DNA of 64,000 nucleotides. Origin: Clostridia bacterium (lineage in GTDB: Bacteria > Bacillota > Clostridia > Christensenellales > DTU072). This document shows positions 57,301 through 63,300 of the stretch, piece by piece. Both the position numbers and the translations under genes were made by a program. The stretch covers positions 96,151-160,150 of the forward strand of contig JAFQOO010000010.1 in assembly GCA_017403145.1 (NCBI GenBank), written 5' to 3'. A model generated the notes under the pieces. It was not told the DNA's origin. It searched no databases and worked only from the letters and a program-made list of their open reading frames with translations. Each line of letters opens with the position of its first letter. The stretch's first letter is position 1.

Positions 57301-60300
57301 TCTTGTAGTGCCGGGTAGATATGCAGAATCGATAGCATAATAGTCGGAAGGATTATAGATGAAATAGAATACGTTACGTGTTCCGGAGTTCTCTAGCGGG
57401 AAGTCCTTATCTTCCGTGATAACTTGTTGTTGTAGATAGGTCTTTTCTGCAACGAGAGGTTTCTTTCCGTCGTCGGTTGCGATTTCTGCATTGACGAGGA
57501 AGCCGGATTCATAGGTTGAACGTATTTCTTCAAGAGCTGCTTTCTCGGAAACGATGCTTACTAGCTTATCGCCTAGCATAGAGCATTCGATACCTGCAAT
57601 ATTAAGAGGTATGCTGGTGTCGCCCAATACGTATGCTAGTAGAACGTTGTTTTCGGAAATCTTAATCGCTATCTTGGTTGTACTATCGGATAGAATATTG
57701 ATATCGTTTGCTATGTCGTTATTCGAGCTAAGGCCTGCGTTAACAAGAGCGTTTACGATAGCAGTTCTTACTGCGATTGCACGTTGTCTTAGCGCTTCGC
57801 TTCCGTAGGCGATATTCTTATCTAGTTCGTAAATATCATAGGTGTTATATACTAGATATCCTACCTCTTTATTGGTTCCTACGGGAATAACGTTATATGC
57901 CTCGCTGTTAAAGGAGGTGCCAATATAACCTTCGGATGCAAATACACTATAGGTTCCAATGTTATTATAGCTTGCGGTTATGCCGGTAAGTGCTATAGAG
58001 GGAGCGCCAAGTCCGTTCTTAACAGCGTCTACACTTTCTTGTGATGCAAGCGTAGTGTTAAGGTTTGCTATTTCGGTCTTGGTAACGTCGATAGGTTCTT
58101 GATAATCTAGACCAAGATTCAAAGATAGTGAGTTAGCGGTATTATCTAGGGTAACGGAGAGGTTACCTATCTTTTCGTCGAAGGGGAATCCAACGGTTTC
58201 TTTTAGCAAGGTTTGAATTGCGGTTTGAGCAACTACTATAGAAATAGCACCTTTAGTAAATTGGATACTATCAAGTAGTCCAATGAACCACATACCACTA
58301 TCTTCTTCTACTTCTTCTTCGTAATCGTAGATATTGTCTTCGTCGCTTGCTTCTTCGCCGGCGTTTTGTACGCCACTTTCTACTCCTCCATTGGAGTTAC
58401 CGTCGTTTTCATCCTTCATCTTGTCTTCGTCGCCGAGCATATCGTACAGTTGGTCAATCAAGTCGTCAAGGGTGTTAACGATACCGCCTGCGGTGTTGGA
58501 CAACGTTCCGCCGAGGCTATCCAGAACTGCGTTAAGGTTCAATGATAGGAACTCTTCGAATACTTGGTGATTTAGTTCAATACCGGTAATGCCATAGTTT
58601 TGGAAGGCACCCATAGTTAGGTATAGACCAAGTCTGCTTTCTTCGTAAGATTGTGCATCTCTATGCATTGAGCCTAGAACGTACAATGCAAAGTATTCTT
58701 CTTCAACGTCGCTTTCGCCTTCAGCATAGGTGCCGGGCTCTTTTAGTTTTACAAGTTGAACTATTGCATCGATACCCCACTTGTCAAGGTCTTTTAGTGC
58801 AACGTCTGCCTTGATACGCAAGGTTGCGTCGCCCATAATATCGTTAAGAGCTTGAATGTAGAATGCTGCACCGATTACGTTACCATCAACGTCTTCTTCG
58901 TTTTGGAATAGAGAGCTCCAGTTGAGGATATATTCACGAATATCGGCGGATACCGAAATATCGATACCGAGGTTCAATCTCCATTCGAGGTTACCGGTGG
59001 AGAAACATCCTTCCTTGAATTCTCTCATTTCCTCGTCGTTGCGCATAAAGTCGAGATATTCGTTGAAGGAATCGGTGTTGATAAGTGCAACCGAGTCGTG
59101 TAGCAAGCTTAGAGTTGCAGCATAACCTGCACTCATATACTTGTTACCATCGGGAGTTTCGATTTCCGCACTATCCTTAGTGATGTTAATTTGTAGACTT
59201 ACGCCACCCGTTCCTTCTTCGAAGAATAGACCAACCGATGCGTAGTCGAGTAGTAGATTTGCTATACCTTCGATGTGCTCGGTGGTAACTTCAACGTCGC
59301 TATCTGCGGCGCCGAGTAGTCCGGTCAAAATTTCGATTAGAGCATCGCCAACGCCAATGATTAATTCTTTAGTAACCATCAAGCCAAAGCCTTCACTATT
59401 CAAGTAAATGATAGGCTTTAGGAAGTTGCCGATAGCATAATCGCTTTCTTGGTACATATCTATAATAGGATTACGCGCGGGACCATCGGGAGCGGTTGAG
59501 GGGGCGTTTTGAACGTCGGAGCCACCGCCAACACCTTGGTCAACGTCGGCCATATCGAATATATCGCTCATTATATCACGTACGAAAGCGGTAATATCGA
59601 ATTCGTCAAGCTTAATATCAAGGTTGGTGTCGAATATTTCAAGACCGAGATATGCAACGTTATCAACCATATAAACTTGTAGTAGTTTTTGAGTGTCGTA
59701 AATTTCACCGGTAGTGTTATCGATAATTGTATAACGTACTACGAGGTCAACTATTAGTGCCGAACCGAATACTTCTGGGTCGGTAGAAAGCATTCTCTTG
59801 AGGTCTAGACCTGCTTTGAGGTTGATTTCCATAAACAAGGTCTCGTCGCCACCTGCAAGAACTATAGAGGTATCTAGGTCTTCGGGAAGCTTGATGTTGA
59901 GCATACTAAATACCACTTCGAGTAGGTCAACGAGTGAAACGTCGCCGTCTTCAAAGTCAAGTTGAAGACTCAAGTTGGTACCAATTTGGAATGCCATTTC
60001 GTCGTACTTGGTGTAAGAGCTTCTTTCTTCTGCGCTTATAACGGGTACGAGAGTAGACTCCTTACCGTAAGGAGTATAAATTTCGGTTTCGTTTTGGATA
60101 TCAGCCTTGATATTTTGTCCTAGTATGGAAATACCAAAGTTGATACCTGCGCCTGCGTTATAGTCTTGAGCATCGGTAACGATAACCCTATCACCATTTT
60201 CGTCAACAACGTACTCGCCGTTTTCATCATATAGATAGCTACCTAAAATGTGGTTACCATTTTCATCGTATACGTAGTTGCCATCTTTGTCTACAAGGTA

Positions 60301-63300
60301 TCTACCTATTACGTATTCGCCCGTTGCGGGGTCGATTACCCAATGGTCGCGGTAGTCTTTACCGGTATCTAGGTGAATACCTACTTGATATTCACTTTGA
60401 GGAGTCATACCGATATCAACGCTGGGCTCAAGAACGCCTGCCAAGTAATCTTGTAGGTCGATATCTAGACCAACGAGCATTAGTAGAACGTTAATCATTT
60501 CGAAGGTTACGGTTAAGAGTAGTCCATCGTCTTGTGAGAGGAGTATCTTAACGATACCGATTAGTTGTTCTTCTGCTTCTTCACCATTGAGTGCAAGCAT
60601 TTGTCCCCAAGTGGGATAGGTCTCGGCAAATAGTGCTTCTACTTCGGGAGTAATAGCAACGTTTTGAGCTTCGCCTTCGCCACCTTCCCCTTCTTCGGTA
60701 TTTCCACCATTCATAATGTACTCAAACATACCCATTAGTTCCCAAATTTCAATCTTGCCTAAGCCGATTGTAGAAAGGTCAAGGTATAGGTCGCCATCAA
60801 ACAGAGCAATGGAGATATAGAATCTTTCTTTATCCTTCAAGGAGTATATTTCTACCTTGAGTTGTAGCTTGTTGAGTAGTCCGTCTAGACCGCCCTTAAT
60901 GAATGCTTTTGCAAGAATATCAATTCTAATGGTATCGCCAAAGGAATCTTCATCACCCTTCAAGAAGCCAAGCATTATGAGGTTGGGTAGTGCGGTTGCA
61001 AGAGGACTATCCTTACTAAATAGAGTTTCAAATGCGGTATCCTTAGCCATTCCGCCAAGAGGTCCGTTGATATCCAAAATGGTATCGTATAGGTTGCCGA
61101 GGTCTACAACACCATCGTTAATCTTGAACTTGATTTCAAAGCCTGCTTCTAGTTCGATGGTATTAACGTCGTGTGCGGGTAGATAGTTAGCGGTTTGCGG
61201 GAGGATAAGTTTATCAGAGGGATATGCTTCAAAGTTCAAGTCGTGGTCGCCTAGTGCTATACCGAGGTCAAGAACCTTGGAAGTTTCCATCGTGGTTTCG
61301 CTAGTGCTGGTAGCGGAAAGTTCTAAATCGATACCAAGGTTAAAGCTGTTCTTCTTGGGGGCAAGGGAAATTTGTAGTAATACGTCGCTAAATACCTTTA
61401 ATGAAGGTAGCGGTACTATGCCAAGAACACTATTTACTGCGGTTTCGGTTAGATATAATGCTAGACCATAAGTAGCAATGCCTCTAATGAGCATAGGTGC
61501 ACCGAGGTCGATATTGATGGGAGTATAAGCGCCACCGTTTGCGTTTTGTGCGCCGGCGTTTTGTACTTCACCTTCGGTACCTTCTTCCTTGTCTTCGTTA
61601 GAGCCCGTGCCAAAGCCGAGGTCGATATCTTTTTCACCTAGCAAGCTTTCGAGAACTTCTTCAACACTAAACTTAGGTCCGTTCAAATAGGTCAAGTCAA
61701 CGTACAAGTTGGAGTTGTGGAGGTTTACTTGAACAAGTTTATAATCGTGGTTACCATCAACGCGTCTTACGGTTAATTGAACCTCGATACCTCTATAGTT
61801 GAGTAGAGGTAGGTTTACTAGAATTTCTACAACCAAGCTGATTTGATGTTCACCAACAACCTCTAGAAGAATACCTAGAGTGTTATCGAGCATACCTGCA
61901 AGAAGGCTTGCAAGTAGCGATGTTAAAGGTTCTTTGTTAAGGTCGTAACCGGAGTATACTTCGTCGGTCAAGATACCTAGTAGACCTTCGCCGGTAATAG
62001 CTTCGGAGCCGAGGTCAAAGTAAAGGTTTAGACCAAAGCTTACTACAGGGTCGGTATGGTCGAAGTCAACGTAATCTTGTTTTACGTAATCGTAAAGAAC
62101 GTTGCCTTCGTCGTCGAGGGTTTCGCCATCAACGTATGCATATTGAGGAGCTACCATCGTGTGGTCAACGAAAACAGACTCTACTCTAATAGAACCATCC
62201 TTTTCCTTATAATAGGTATCTTCTATCCAACCAAAGCTCAATGCCATTGTAAATTCGTTGGATATACCAAACGACAAGCCAATCTTTCCACCCTTTTCGT
62301 AATCGTGTACGTTGGGGTCGGTGGAAAGGTCAACTCTTTCGTCGCCTGCAAACTTGTATCCTTGGAAGGTTAAACCGAACTCTAATACGTGGTCGGGACC
62401 GGCTATACCAAGTTCTATTTCAAGTTCACCGATGGGTTCAACGTAGCTAGAGAAGTCCATAGCCTCGCCACCAATTGCACGTAGTATGCCAAATAGTGCG
62501 GCGGAGGTGATGCTGATAATCAAGCCTTGAGGACTAATTAGAGCGTTGATATATCCTACGATAGGAGTTGCGCCTTCGGGTAGGTTGAATAGTACGAAGG
62601 GGTCAAAGTTAGATTGATAGCCTGCAAAGCCGTGATTCTTGACCTCTTCTTCTTCCTTACCATAGTTGGGGTCTTTACCGCCTTCAACGTGTTCTACGCC
62701 GAATGAAGGTAGTATATCTTGGGTTAGGAAGTTCCAAGCATCTTCTATCTTAACTGCTTGTAGATTGAAGCATTCTGCATTCAAATAAGCACAGCTATCG
62801 ATATGATAGAAGGAAAGAACTTCTTTGAACTTTTCTTCACCATCGTAGTTAACGGTTTCATTTCTATCGCGTAAAATTACAGCAAAGTTCGTCTTGTAGA
62901 AAGTCATATTGTAAATGATTTCGCCCAAGTTGATATTGCCTATAATTTCAAGTCTATAGTGAGTGGTTACGTTGGAAAGAAGTTGAATGATGGGAGCAAG
63001 ACCAAGTCCGCCGATAGTATCCATAATACCGCCTGAACCAAGTAATCCAAGAGCCCCTGCTACGGTTTCGTCAAGGTTGAATTTAGCGGTATCGTCGCCA
63101 TCAATATCAAAATCAATATATAATTCAACGTAAATGGAGTCAACGTCAACTGCTCCTGCGTAGTTGTTCTTATCAAAGCCTTCGGGTGCGATATTTACGT
63201 CGCCCATTTCGTCGGAAGCATCTCTAAAGTCAACGTCTAGACCCATTATTGCAAAGCCTACGGTGTAGTTTGCAAGCTCTAGAGTTAATCCTAGTAGTGC

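Noticed and set aside
60181-60300. YD/RHS-like motifs (YVYDENGNHI, YLYDENGEYV, VVDENGDRV; also IYDADGNP near 51150), suggesting an RHS-type polymorphic toxin.
   Set aside because: These are only a few short motifs. I see no RHS core shell, no PxxxxDPxGL-type boundary and no C-terminal toxin tip, so they are probably just beta-hairpin turns.
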